DNA of 28,708 bases from Octopus sinensis (Eukaryota): positions 1 through 28,708 of the forward strand of contig NW_021833478.1 in the NCBI RefSeq assembly GCF_006345805.1, written 5' to 3'. How positions within the stretch are numbered: position 1 is the stretch's first letter; each line of letters starts with the position of its first letter. The translations under genes were made by a program, and so were the position numbers. Of the stretch, positions 1 through 11,944 are shown one piece after another. The notes under the pieces were generated by a model. The model searched no databases and was not told where the DNA came from. It was given only the letters and a program-made list of their open reading frames with translations.

Positions 1-62
1 ACTGTCTTTCCTTATAAGCATTCTATGGATCTATCTTATTTCAGTTATTTTATAGGAATGTA

Positions 63-110
<48 letters not shown>

Positions 111-150
111 GATAGATACACATACATATAAACATACATACATGTCTGTT

Positions 151-162
151 TAGATAGATAGT

Positions 163-231
<69 letters not shown>

Positions 232-353
232 GGATGGATAGACAGAGAGACAGATAGATAGATAAATAGATTGGTAGATAGATAGACTGATAGATAGATG
301 GATAGATAGATGGATGGATAGATAGATAGGTAGATAGAGAGATAGACAGACAA

Positions 354-421
<68 letters not shown>

Positions 422-700
422 TTAGATGGATAGGCAGGTAGATGGATAAATAGATAAATTGATAGATAGATGATGGATAGATAGATAGCTAAAAAGACAG
501 AAAGATGATATATAGGTAACTGATTTACACACACACACACACACATATGAGTTTACGTCTATACGAATAGATATACATACATGCATGCATGTAGATAGAC
601 AGACAGATAGACAGATAAAGAGATAGAAAGAAAGAAAGGTAGGTAGATAGAAGGATAGATAGATAGCTAGGTAGAGGGATAGATTGGCAGATAAATACAT
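151..700. repeat. (GATA)n tetranucleotide microsatellite, degenerate toward the 3' end; preceded by (CA)n(TA)n at 65-110
   Basis: Directly visible tandem repeat; explains the 31..546, 162..353 and 422..700 ORFs. Confidence 0.97.
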
Positions 701-769
701 ATAAAGATGATATATATGTAACTATGTGATTGTGTAGTTGCGTAGTTGCGTAGTTGTGTACACTTCTAG

Positions 770-1310
770 TTTACATAATTTCGTTACTGGAAAGTTTCAT
801 ATCCTTATCGATTGTAAATCATAAAAATGGTGTTATCCCATACAACGAAAACCTCTCAAATTACTTTTCTGATTTCTGACTAGTCTTCCATTCATGATCA
901 CTATCAACAGGCTCCCGATTGCTCGGCTGCTTATATTCAATCGAGTCTAAAAGCTATGTGAAGATTAGCAATTTAGTAAAGTTTCTCGTGTCGTCATACT
1001 GAGATTAGCTCTGACTGTCATTTTAATATATACGTTATTCTGTAGACAACTGCAGACACAACATCAATTTAAACGAGCAGTGATCGCGGGGATAAACTTT
1101 GTTAGAGACTAGTCAATATTCTGATTTTTGAAATACTATACATGATGATGCTGTGGATCATCTTTTGCCTTTGTACGAAAAGATGGAGTTATGTTTTACA
1201 TACGCTTAAGCCAAACAGTGAGAATAAGTGATCAACAACGCATTGGTGCAGGAATATTCCTTATTTGTAAGTCAACAAGGCAACCAATGTTTTTATGCGC
1301 AGAACTCGTC
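770..1310 (+). pseudogene. Highly decayed RTE-like LINE reverse transcriptase fragment
   Basis: Manual translation with frameshifts gives ILIFEILY-[frameshift]-DDA at ~1118-1152 (cf. RTE ELLYADDA). FAFVRKDG.MFYIRLSQT follows (cf. FA.A.K.FGL.I.L.KT) and LALTVI lies upstream (cf. LAPTLF). Many stops; by-eye similarity only. Confidence 0.45.
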
Positions 1311-1311
1311 A

Positions 1312-1435
<124 letters not shown>

Positions 1436-1448
1436 TATATGTATATAA

Positions 1449-1877
1449 GGCGCAGAAGTGGCTGTGTGGTTCCACGTTCAGTCCCACTGTGTAGCACCTT
1501 CGGCAAGTGTTTTCTACCATAGCCTCGGGCCGAGCAATGCCTTGTGAGTGGATTTGGTAGATGGAAACTGAAAGAAGCCTGTCGTATATCGATATATATA
1601 TATATATATGTGTTTGTATGTGTGTGTGTGCGTGTGTGTGTATGTATTTGTGTGTGTGCGTATGCATTTGTGTTTGTCCCTCACCATCGCTTGACAACCG
1701 ATGCTGGTGTGTTTACGTTACCTTAAGTTAGCGATTCGGCAAAAGATATCGATGAAATAAGTATTTGGCTTACAAAAAATAATTTCCGGAGACGATTTGT
1801 TCGACTAAAGATGGTGTACCAGCATGGCTGCAGTCCATTCCCTGAGACAAGTAAAAGAATAAAAGAATAAAAGAATA
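1449..1877 (+). mobile_element. tRNA-derived SINE, family A, with a 27-bp deletion in the head
   Basis: A-box-like TGGCTGTGTGG, B-box-like GTTCAGTCCC, internal (TA)/(TG) tract and (AAAAGAAT)n tail. Aligns to copies at 9862, 16799 and 23156(-). Confidence 0.9.
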
Positions 1878-1879
1878 TA

Positions 1880-1926
<47 letters not shown>

Positions 1927-1965
1927 AAAAATGTAGATGATGCTAAAGTAATTTTATAAAAAAAA

Positions 1966-2007
1966 TTTCAGTACCGGTTTCAGTCATTGATACTTTTTCA
2001 ACTGTAA
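1966..2007 (-). ncRNA. Minimal type I hammerhead ribozyme-like motif (U3-A8 core variant) within a short (TA)n-flanked element at ~1925-2056
   Basis: Minus strand reads UUACAG-UUGAAAA-AGU-AUCAAUG-ACU-GAAA-CCGG-UA-CUGAAA: stem I CAG/CUG, stem II AGU/ACU, palindromic stem III ACCGGU, cleavage triplet GUA. Confidence 0.6.
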
Positions 2008-2269
2008 GTATGGAAAACAATTAAATTTTGAAAAAAAATTAAAAGAAAGTTTTCTTAAAAGAATATTTGTATGGTATTCAAATGCAAGTGGCATTCTCCT
2101 TCTTTCTGCCTGTCTCTGTCTCTCTTGTTTACTGTTATATATATATATATATATAATTTTCTTCTAATTTCTACAACAGCATTTTGCTGAGTCAGCCATA
2201 GATTCGTATGGCAAATATATGTACTGACTATCACCATTTAGCCAAGCCAAGTCAGCTTGTAATTTCAAG

Positions 2270-2380
2270 GGAAACTAGACCAGTATAAAGATCTCGCTCG
2301 CTGAGGGGCAGTTATCTCCCCTGTCAGACTATAAAAAATGTGCTTTCTTGAAGCTCTAAAGGTTTTTAACTCTCATTTCT
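2270..2380 (+). pseudogene. Possible relic of the C-terminal RLE endonuclease region of an R2/R4/NeSL-type LINE
   Basis: Translates KLDQYKDLAR* then L*KMCFLEALKVF, resembling the RLE motifs EK..KY.DL..E and LQK..LLG...IL. Short and interrupted by stops. Confidence 0.3.
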
Positions 2381-2503
2381 AGCAATATAGGTACTACCCT
2401 GCACCCTTAGGCAGAATTAAGTACAACTGAATTTTTCCTTTTCGGTATCATATTGCGCATGGGTGCCTTTGCTATGTCCACACACACACACACATAAATA
2501 TAT

Positions 2504-2571
<68 letters not shown>

Positions 2572-2681
2572 TATACATATATGTGTGTTGTGTGTGTGTA
2601 TGATTTTGTGTTTCATAATAGAGAGGAATAGCTTTGGTGCATGTCTCAGAGTTTAATTATTTATATGCATATGTATGCATG

Positions 2682-2714
<33 letters not shown>

Positions 2715-3147
2715 TGTATATATATATGTTATATATATATATTATTTATATATACATATACTTGTTTTATATATATATATATAAAGACACGTTATACACA
2801 TACGTATGTATAATATATTACGTACAAATATATGTATATATACACACACACGCACACACATATATATATATATATACAAATATTTAAATTATATATACAT
2901 TTACATACATATATGCATATATACAATGTACATTTAGTACGCGTATCTGGAATATGTGGACTGAAGTGTCACTATGTACAGACGTAGGTGAAGGGGATAC
3001 TGCCTGATATGAATAGAGCTTTACCCATCACATACCCCCAACCCACAGCACCCGGACACCCCCACTCTTAGCCCAGGACCAACTCTAGCCCCCATCGCGA
3101 ATTCAGACAATCAAAATCAATACAACAAAAAACACAACGTAATTTAA

Positions 3148-3148
<1 letters not shown>

Positions 3149-3201
<53 letters not shown>

Positions 3202-3267
3202 GCACACACACACACACACATACACACACACACTCTCACACACACACACACGCACGCACACACGCAC
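3149..3267. repeat. (CA)n microsatellite
   Basis: Directly visible. Confidence 0.97.
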
Positions 3268-3837
3268 AAATGACTCAACAAAAGAATTAATATGGCCGCT
3301 GTCAATAAGGGTCGTACTTCATAGAGACGAAGTATTCTTTTGTCTCTGACACCATTTGTTTTTTTTAACGCGACCGCAATACACTAACTGCCTGACTGTA
3401 CTATTGAAAGGTTGAATAACGGGGTTGGAATAAAAGAACAATGTGTTAGGTTCAAGAAAATAATACAGAGAGGAAATACAATTATCAAATTACCACCGAT
3501 ACATTCTCGTCTGTTTTACAAACATTAATTGTCGCTCTTGAGTTATTTTGCTTTTGTCGTAGAGTTTTAATAATGAAATCTGTTGACGTGTAGAACTAAT
3601 TATGTTTGTAAATTTGTTTCTTCCTCCTTATTCCAGGTGGAATCTTAATTAATTAACTACTCTGTGGCGGTGACTATATCAAGGTTGATAGTCAGGACTT
3701 AGCTATGGGTTATACTTGCGTATGTCACCCCTGCGTCATTGTCTCCTGTTTATAATCAACTGTCATTCCTCTGTTGAGATATATTACTGTTAGCACTCGG
3801 AGTGACTCAGCTTTGTATGTGTGGGCATGTGTATAAG

Positions 3838-3955
3838 TATATGCATGTATGTATGCATGCATGCATGCATGAATGTATGTATGTATGTATGTATGTATGT
3901 ATGTATGTATGTATGTATGTATGTATGTATGTATGTATGTATGTATGTATGTATG
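3838..3955. repeat. (TATG)n microsatellite
   Basis: Directly visible. Confidence 0.97.
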
Positions 3956-4045
3956 TCATTATTCAGTTCTATTTCAAAATCTCTTGCCAATAGAGAAAGA
4001 GCTGGTTTCTAACCTAGATCCAAGGCTTCTTCAGTGGAATTCCCA
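3955..4045 (-). mobile_element. Short microsatellite-adjacent element with a degenerate hammerhead-like motif (Penelope-like relic?)
   Basis: Minus strand CUGAAGA-AGCCU-UGGAUCU-AGGUU-A-GAAAC-CAGC-UC. Exact core boxes and stem II are present; stems I and III are imperfect. Confidence 0.4.
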
Positions 4046-4140
4046 CAGTATATATACCTGCAAATTTGTGTTTTGTTTTATGTATGTATTCTTATGCATA
4101 ATGTATATAAGCATGTATGTATGTATGAACGAATGTATGT

Positions 4141-4392
4141 GTGAAGGCGCGAGTCCTAGTGTTTAGGTTATCGCACTCACGATCGCGAGACCGTGGGTTA
4201 GGGTTAGGGTTGTGTTCTTGAGCAAAACCCTTCATTTCACGTGGCACCAGTCCACTCTGCTGTCAATGGGTGCTAAACCTCTGACCAAACACCTTTCCAA
4301 TCGGGGGAAAATGTTTGCCTGCCCGCCTAGCTTGCACAGTGGCGTCATTCTAAGGCTAAAACGATACGAAGCGCATTGTGACCAGCGGTGAT
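4141..4392 (+). mobile_element. tRNA-derived SINE, head D (CORE-like central domain) with its own tail
   Basis: Head GTGAAGGCGCG..TAGTG.TTAGG..CTCACGATCG and domain TTGTGTTCTTGAGCAA..TTTCACG..CCAGTCCACTC, shared with 17242, 27032(-) and 27420. Confidence 0.75.
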
Positions 4393-4776
4393 GTATGTAT
4401 CTATATGTTTCTCCGAGTGCATATGAGTATCCGAATGAATGCGTCTGTGTTTATATGTGTATATAAGTGTATATGTGCGAGATACTCAGCCAGGTTAAGT
4501 CATTGGAATCGGACAAATTAATCACCACCGCTGAACGGCATAAATACATATGTATAAGGTAGTGCCCCTATATATGTAGAGGTGTGTATATGCGTGAGTG
4601 TGCGCGTGTGTGTATATGTATATATATATACATATGTAAATGCTTATATATATATATATATATACAATATATATATATATTATATATATTATATATATAT
4701 ATATATAATACAGAAATATATATATATATGTGTTTGTGTGTATATATATGTGTGTGTGTATGTACGTATATGTATA

Positions 4777-5030
4777 TACTCTTGTGCCTGGGGAGAGTCA
4801 TTCTCTTTTAGTGCCTTATAATTTAACACACTCACCGGTAAAATTTCCACTCATTTCCGTCTTTATTTTTCTAAATTTTTGTTGCGTCTTGCAACCTTTT
4901 CAATACTTTTGAGTCAAAGCTATTGACAATTTTAGAAAAATAGAAAAGAAATAAGTGGAAATTTTACCGGTGAGTGTGTTAAATTATAAGGCACTAAAAG
5001 AGAATGACTGCCCAGACGCAACAGAATATG
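4777..5030. mobile_element. Inverted-repeat (fold-back) element in a (TA)n/(TG)n context
   Basis: Perfect 56-bp inverted repeat 4796-4851 / 4954-5009, with imperfect extension inward and outward. Confidence 0.85.
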
Positions 5031-5240
5031 CCTCAACACACGAATTCACTTAAAGAATCTTGCAAACCAAATCCAAAAACGATCTCTCTCTCTCACTCTC
5101 TCTATCTATATATATATACATACACACACATATTATTAGTATTGTTATTATTAAGTTGACAACGTCGATTTGACGGAGAGAGAGAGTGCGGCAAAAACAT
5201 CTGATCACGTTGAACAAATCATTAGTGCAGGTGGTTCGGC

Positions 5241-5342
5241 GAAAGCCGACCTCGGCGGAATTTGAACTCAGAACGCAGCGGCGGACGAAATACCACGAAG
5301 CATTTCGCCCGACATGCTAACATTCCTGCCAGCTCGCCACCT
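5241..5342 (-). mobile_element. SINE family C, 5' portion only
   Basis: Reverse complement GGTGGCGAGCTGGCAGGAATGTTAGC...GTTCTGAGTTCAAATTCCGCCGAGGTCG matches the 23710 copy. Confidence 0.88.
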
Positions 5343-5393
<51 letters not shown>

Positions 5394-5472
5394 AACTACT
5401 ACTACTACTACTACTACTACTAATGCTGCTGCTGCTACTACTACTACACTACTAATGCTGCTGCTGCTGCTG

Positions 5473-5512
<40 letters not shown>

Positions 5513-5563
5513 ACTACTAATGCTGCTGCTGCTGCTACTACTACTACTACTACTACTACTACT
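5343..5563. repeat. (CTA)n/(CTG)n compound trinucleotide repeat
   Basis: Directly visible. Confidence 0.96.
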
Positions 5564-6045
5564 ATTGAGTGAGAGAGCAGCGCATGCCATCAAAGTGACA
5601 CTGGGGTACAAATATACGAAGCCCAATACACCCATCATGACCACCCCTTCTGATAAGGGTTCACCAGGCACATGCATTACAACCATTTGTGCACGACATG
5701 GTGATTTTATATCGAGATAAACAGCGCATGACCTTTCAGGTGGGATCCAGTTAGATTTTTCCTCTGGTCGAATAGCCCATCCCATTCAAAAGTCCCTGAA
5801 TAAGGGTTGTTTAAAGATGTCAAACGAAACACCATGTTTTCAACGAATTCATCTCAACACATGGCTATGATGCTCCGCCACTGTTTCTGCTTTTGATGAG
5901 AGTTGCACATATCGTCAGCCGCTAAGGGACACGCTCAACTGGTTAAGGTCAAACAACTGACAAGGTGAAACAACTAACAAATCTGTGGTATGGAGAAGAG
6001 TATTTGCTGTAGCCATATTTTATGCCGTGATAAAACAAATTATTT
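5564..6045 (-). mobile_element. Interspersed repeat abutting a trinucleotide microsatellite; probably the 3' UTR of a microsatellite-targeting non-LTR element
   Basis: Complex non-coding block with a sharp boundary at the (CTA)n tract (minus-strand end ...CTCTCTCACTCAA-TAGTAG). I recall it as a common octopus repeat. It is single-copy here, so the class is inferred. Confidence 0.5.
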
Positions 6046-6090
6046 GTTGTTTTCATTGATATCGTCGTTGTTGTTGTTGTTGTTTGTTTG

Positions 6091-6419
6091 TTGAGTGAAG
6101 TGGTCTTCGTCCCATTGTAGTGGAAGAAGTCCAAAACGTGGTCCTTTACTATTCGTAAGACCCGCAGAAGAGAAAGCAGGTCAACCCCCGACACCGAGAG
6201 CATCGACGGATGGATGAATGCGCATCCAGGTTCAGCGGTTGCGTAGGAAGTCTGGGAGAAGAAACAGGAAGAAAAAGTGAGAGAAAGTTGGAGCGAAAGA
6301 GTACAGCAGTGGTCTCGTGGAGCATTAGGTGTTTTCGCTCAATAAACATTCACAAAGCCCGGTCTGGGAATCGAAACCGCGAGTCCGCTGCCCTAACCAT
6401 TGGGCCATTGCGCCTCCAC
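6091..6419 (-). mobile_element. tRNA-derived SINE, head B + tail T2
   Basis: Reverse complement starts GTGGAGGCGCAATGGCCCAATGGTTAGGGCAGCGGACTCGCGGTTTCGATTCCCAGACC. Aligns to the 11535 copy up to CTTCCTGTTTCT, then diverges completely; ends at (CAA)n. Confidence 0.88.
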
Positions 6420-6569
6420 TGCTGTTGCTGTTGCTGTTGTTGTTATTGATGTTGTTGCCGCTGCTATACTGAAATATTGTAATTAATTGTGTTGTGTAAA
6501 TAACTAAATCTATGTAGTCTTACATGGAACACTAGAATGAAATTGATGAACACAGTTAAAGATCGATGT

Positions 6570-6602
<33 letters not shown>

Positions 6603-6929
6603 TAATAATAATAATATAATAGTAATATGAAAAAGAAAAATAACAATCCCGGTTATGTTGGGTTATGTTCGGTAGGTGGTAGCACGTTCGAATAATTAAT
6701 GATGACGTGAGCAATTTCTAAATCTGTCAAAAACGTTTTACTTTCTTGTTTTTACGTTTTCTTTGATTATATTTTATTTTATAATAATTTTTGAATAAAA
6801 ATAAATGATAAATAAATAACAAATTATGAAGTCTCTAGTAAATATTACGTTAAGAAATATCGAATAATTATACAACGGACGACAACAACGACAGCAACGT
6901 CTTGCAGAGCAATACTAGATTTATTTAAA

Positions 6930-6935
6930 ATGATG

Positions 6936-6996
<61 letters not shown>

Positions 6997-7020
6997 TAAT
7001 AATTAATAAAATAATAATAA
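6930..7020. repeat. (AAT)n microsatellite (another at 6571-6620)
   Basis: Directly visible. Confidence 0.97.
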
Positions 7021-7194
7021 CGAGAGCTGCATGAATAGAATTCTTTTAGAACAAAACTACCGAAATCAGTCGCACACCACTCCACCAAAAAAACAATTGA
7101 AAAAGAATTATTTTATCGTGTGGAAATTTTAAAATCTTAAGTTTTAATCTTAAAGCTAGTTTTTTGTACATTGGCGTCGTTGCTATTTTTCTCA

Positions 7195-8092
<898 letters not shown>

Positions 8093-8339
8093 GTCATTAT
8101 CTCAACACTAATCCAAAAAATGTCAGTATTTTAAAAACATTATGACAATTGCATAAGCTGAAGAGTGACAGTTTATATGTGAGTGTGTGCGTGATTGTGT
8201 GTATTCATGTTTGCTGCTGGATATGTACGCAAAAACACATAAAATGTATGTATACATACATCCAAATCTACCTACCTATTTAATATGCATATACTCATTC
8301 GCATATACAATTACCAATGTACGTACACAGGTATGCATC

Positions 8340-8341
8340 AA

Positions 8342-8404
<63 letters not shown>

Positions 8405-8488
8405 GTGTGTGTGTATATATATATATATGTATATATACATTTATATACATATATATGTATATATATATACACACACACCACACACATA

Positions 8489-8533
<45 letters not shown>

Positions 8534-8715
8534 CATATATATATATAGACATATACGTATATATATACATATGCATATATGTATGTGTGTATATATGTAT
8601 ATGCATGAACATTTTGTCAATCTATGTACATATATATCCTCCCACAAATATATATATACATACATACATGCATATATATACATATATATGTATATATACA
8701 TATATACACACACAT

Positions 8716-8753
<38 letters not shown>

Positions 8754-8795
8754 CATATATATATTTATATATATATAAATATATTTAAATATTAT

Positions 8796-8828
<33 letters not shown>

Positions 8829-8835
8829 TATATAC
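8340..8835. repeat. (TA)n-rich compound dinucleotide tract
   Basis: Directly visible. Confidence 0.96.
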
Positions 8836-9333
8836 GTGTACTAGCACGCATATTATGCATGTATAATGTTGATATATGTGTGTTCGTGCGTGTGTGTGGT
8901 TCATGTATATATATATATATATGTATGTACAAATGGCATCTGCACACTTACAGTTGCACGCACACACACGCACACACACACACACAAATACACACGGACA
9001 CACGCGAACACACATGGACACACACACATAAATAGTGAAAGAATAATTTTTCTGCAAATGGTTTCTCTACTTAACAGTAAATTTCAGAGAGAAATCAATA
9101 TTCTTACCTTCCCGAGCGGCGCTAAACTCTCTTCTATAATAACTCGTCACTTTAAGGACGAATGACTTATAGTTTCCTTAACTGCAACATTGAGCGTATG
9201 TGCCTACGGTCGTCTATATGTTTGCTTATGTATGTGTGTGTATATTTGTTGATGTATGATATGTTGCGTTATATACGCACGCACACACACACACACACGA
9301 ATATATATATATATACACACACACACAACACCA

Positions 9334-9381
<48 letters not shown>

Positions 9382-9402
9382 AGAGAGAGAGAGAGAGAGA
9401 GA

Positions 9403-9597
9403 GACGTGGGCGTAGATGTGTGGTAAGAGGTTTGCTTCGGAAACATGGTTTTGAGTTCATTCCCGTCGAAAGGCATCTTGGGCAGGTGTTTTGTGCTATT
9501 GTCTCAGACCGACCAAGAAACTGAACGAAACCTGTCAGATACACACACACATATGTATACTTGTGTCTGTGTGTGTCTTTGTGTTTTGGTTTGCCTC
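9403..9597 (+). mobile_element. Degraded SINE family A, 5' half
   Basis: TGTGTGGTAAG..TTGCTT..ACATGGTT..CATCTTGGGCAGGTGT..CTAT..CTCAGACCGACCAA aligns to family A. Confidence 0.75.
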
Positions 9598-9701
9598 CTA
9601 AACGAGGTTGTGGTGGCGAACGCGTAGGAAGACGTGTTCTTGTTTGTCTCATGTCCAAGCTTGATTTACGCGTTCGCTACCACAACCTCACTTATGTTTA
9701 G
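9598..9701. repeat. Inverted repeat / hairpin: 23-bp stem, 40-nt loop
   Basis: 9604-9626 GAGGTTGTGGTGGCGAACGCGTA vs 9667-9689 TACGCGTTCGCTACCACAACCTC (22/23); outer CTAAAC/GTTTAG. Confidence 0.9.
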
Positions 9702-9861
9702 CAGCACTTCCTGTTTGTTTATCCCAAATTTTATTTAATTTGCTTTGCAAGAACAACTGTTTTATCGAAAGCATATATTGTTGTTAAATGCTCGAAATGT
9801 ATGAAACATGTAAAAGAAAAGAAAAAGTGTATGTATGTATGTTTGTATGTATAAAGATACA

Positions 9862-10276
9862 GGTTCATGCGTGGCTGTGTGGTAAGAAGCCTGCTTCCCA
9901 ACCACATGGATATGGGTTCAGTCACACTGCGTGGCACTTTGGGCAAGTGTCTTCTGCTATAGCCTCAGCCTGACCAAAGCCTTGTGAGTGGATTTTGGTA
10001 GACGGAGACTGAAAGAAGCCCGTCGTATACATACGTAATTATAGATCAACCTGTCCATGTCTTTGTGTCTGTGTTTTTTCTCTCATCACTATTTGACAAC
10101 CGGTGTTGGTGTATTGACGTCCCCGTAATTTAGCATTTCGGCAAAAGTGTCCGATGCTGTATAAATAAGTCCCGGTGTCGATTTATTCGACTAAAAGGCT
10201 TTCAACGAGGTGCTCCAGCATGGCCTCAGTCAAATGACTGACACAAATAAAAAAAAATAAAAGAATACAAGAATAC
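9862..10276 (+). mobile_element. SINE family A, full length
   Basis: Aligns end to end with the other A copies; AAGAATA tail. Confidence 0.92.
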
Positions 10277-10699
10277 GGTTGTGTAGGTGCATGTACTAAG
10301 ATGTTTGCGCAGCAGGACCGCTTCTTGGATTGCCAAACTTTTAAAGAGGGGAAAAGCTTTTCGTTTGTAACAATTAAGCGTTTTACACGCCTTGTCTGCA
10401 TTTATGTAAATAAAATAACAGCTATTAAGAAACGAAAGAAAGAAAGGAAAAGAAAGAAAAGAAAGGAAGACAGATAGAAAGAAATTAACGCTGAAGTTGA
10501 CGCACACTTAATATAGTCAAATATTTTCTCCGATTGAATGTGACAGGTTTGTTTTCTCTTAAATCTGATTCTCTCATTCCAGAACCTTCCTACCAAGAAC
10601 CTTCCTCAAAATATATAACTTCAAACAACCAGAAAAATATTTGCAACAGAAGCGAAATTCTTATCAACATTTAATACTTATAATAGCAAATTCAGTCAT

Positions 10700-10775
10700 A
10701 ATGATGACGACGATGATGATGATGATGACGACGATGATGATGATGATGATGATGATGTTGACGATGATGATGATT
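10700..10775. repeat. (GAT)n microsatellite
   Basis: Directly visible. Confidence 0.95.
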
Positions 10776-11067
10776 ATTATTATTCTTGTTGTTGTTAAGG
10801 AGTGTTCAAGGTGTACCCGAATATGAACCATTCTAACAGGAATGTTAGAAACATTGAAAGTATCCAGAGATAAGTAAACGTTTCGCAATATGAAACGTTT
10901 AGTATTTTGTTCCTAATACATTCCATCCCCGTCCCTACTCCCTACTCAAAACCGGTTCCCTAAAGTTAAAAGCCCAAACAAACTGGTTTACATGTTAGTA
11001 ATACAGGTTTTGCGTTACTGGGTTTGGTAATGTCATGTTAAATAATGCAAGTTAGTGACTGTTGTAG

Positions 11068-11300
11068 AACGGCGAATTAGCGGAATCGTCAGAAAGACGG
11101 ATAAAACACAATGCAGTATTAGTTGAAGCCTTTTGAACTCCAAGTTCAAATGGCGCCAAGATCATCTTCCCGCGGTCCATGCACTGTGGAACCTGTCAAG
11201 TACTGAGATCAACAAAATCGATTATGCATTGCCACCCGCCACCCCCCAAACCTGGGATCGGTATCTATGTCAGACACTGCATTTGTCTGAAATTTTAGCA
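11068..11300 (+). mobile_element. Highly degraded SINE family C
   Basis: GGCGAATTAGCGGAATCGTCAG...AAGTTCAAATGGCGCCAAGATC resembles the C head. Confidence 0.55.
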
Positions 11301-11367
11301 CAAGGCCAGCAATTTTGGGTTCTCATTTTGTTCGAGGTATTAACAGTTCTGCCCGCTCGCCAACTTC

Positions 11368-11534
<167 letters not shown>

Positions 11535-11920
11535 GTGGAGGCGCAATGGCCCAGTGGTTAGGGCAGCGGACTCGCGGTCATAGGATCGCGGTTTCGATTC
11601 CCAGACCGGGCGTTGTGAGTGTTTATTGAGCGAAAACACCTAAAGTTCCACGAGGCTCCGGCAGGGATGGTGGTGATCCCTGCTGTACTCTTTCACCACA
11701 ACTTTCTCTCACTCTTACTTCCTGTTTCTGTTGTACCTTTATTTCAAGGGGCCGGTCTTGTCACTCTCTGTGTCACGATGAATATCCCCGAGAACTACGT
11801 TAAGGGTACACGTGTCTGTGGAGTGCTCAGCCACTTACACGTTAATTTCACGAGCAGGCTGTTCCGTTGATTCGGATCAACCGGAACCCTCATCGTCGTA
11901 ACCGACGGAGTGCTTCCCAA
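11535..11920 (+). mobile_element. tRNA-derived SINE, head B + tail T1, full length, inserted in (AAT)n
   Basis: A box TGGCCCAGTGG, B box GTTTCGATTCC; near-identical to 22684-23058. Confidence 0.93.
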
Positions 11921-11944
11921 TATAATAATAATAATAATAATATT

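Noticed and set aside
10815-10875. CR1-like peptide NIESIQR (cf. LE.VQR)
   Set aside because: A single short motif without supporting neighbours.
11535-11615. tRNA gene
   Set aside because: A and B boxes are present but there is no convincing acceptor stem, and the sequence continues into a SINE body.
11619-11870. 83-aa ORF with similar copies at 22768-23020 and 6149-6349
   Set aside because: It lies inside SINE B; the frame is broken by an indel in the 22684 copy, so the similarity reflects repeat identity.
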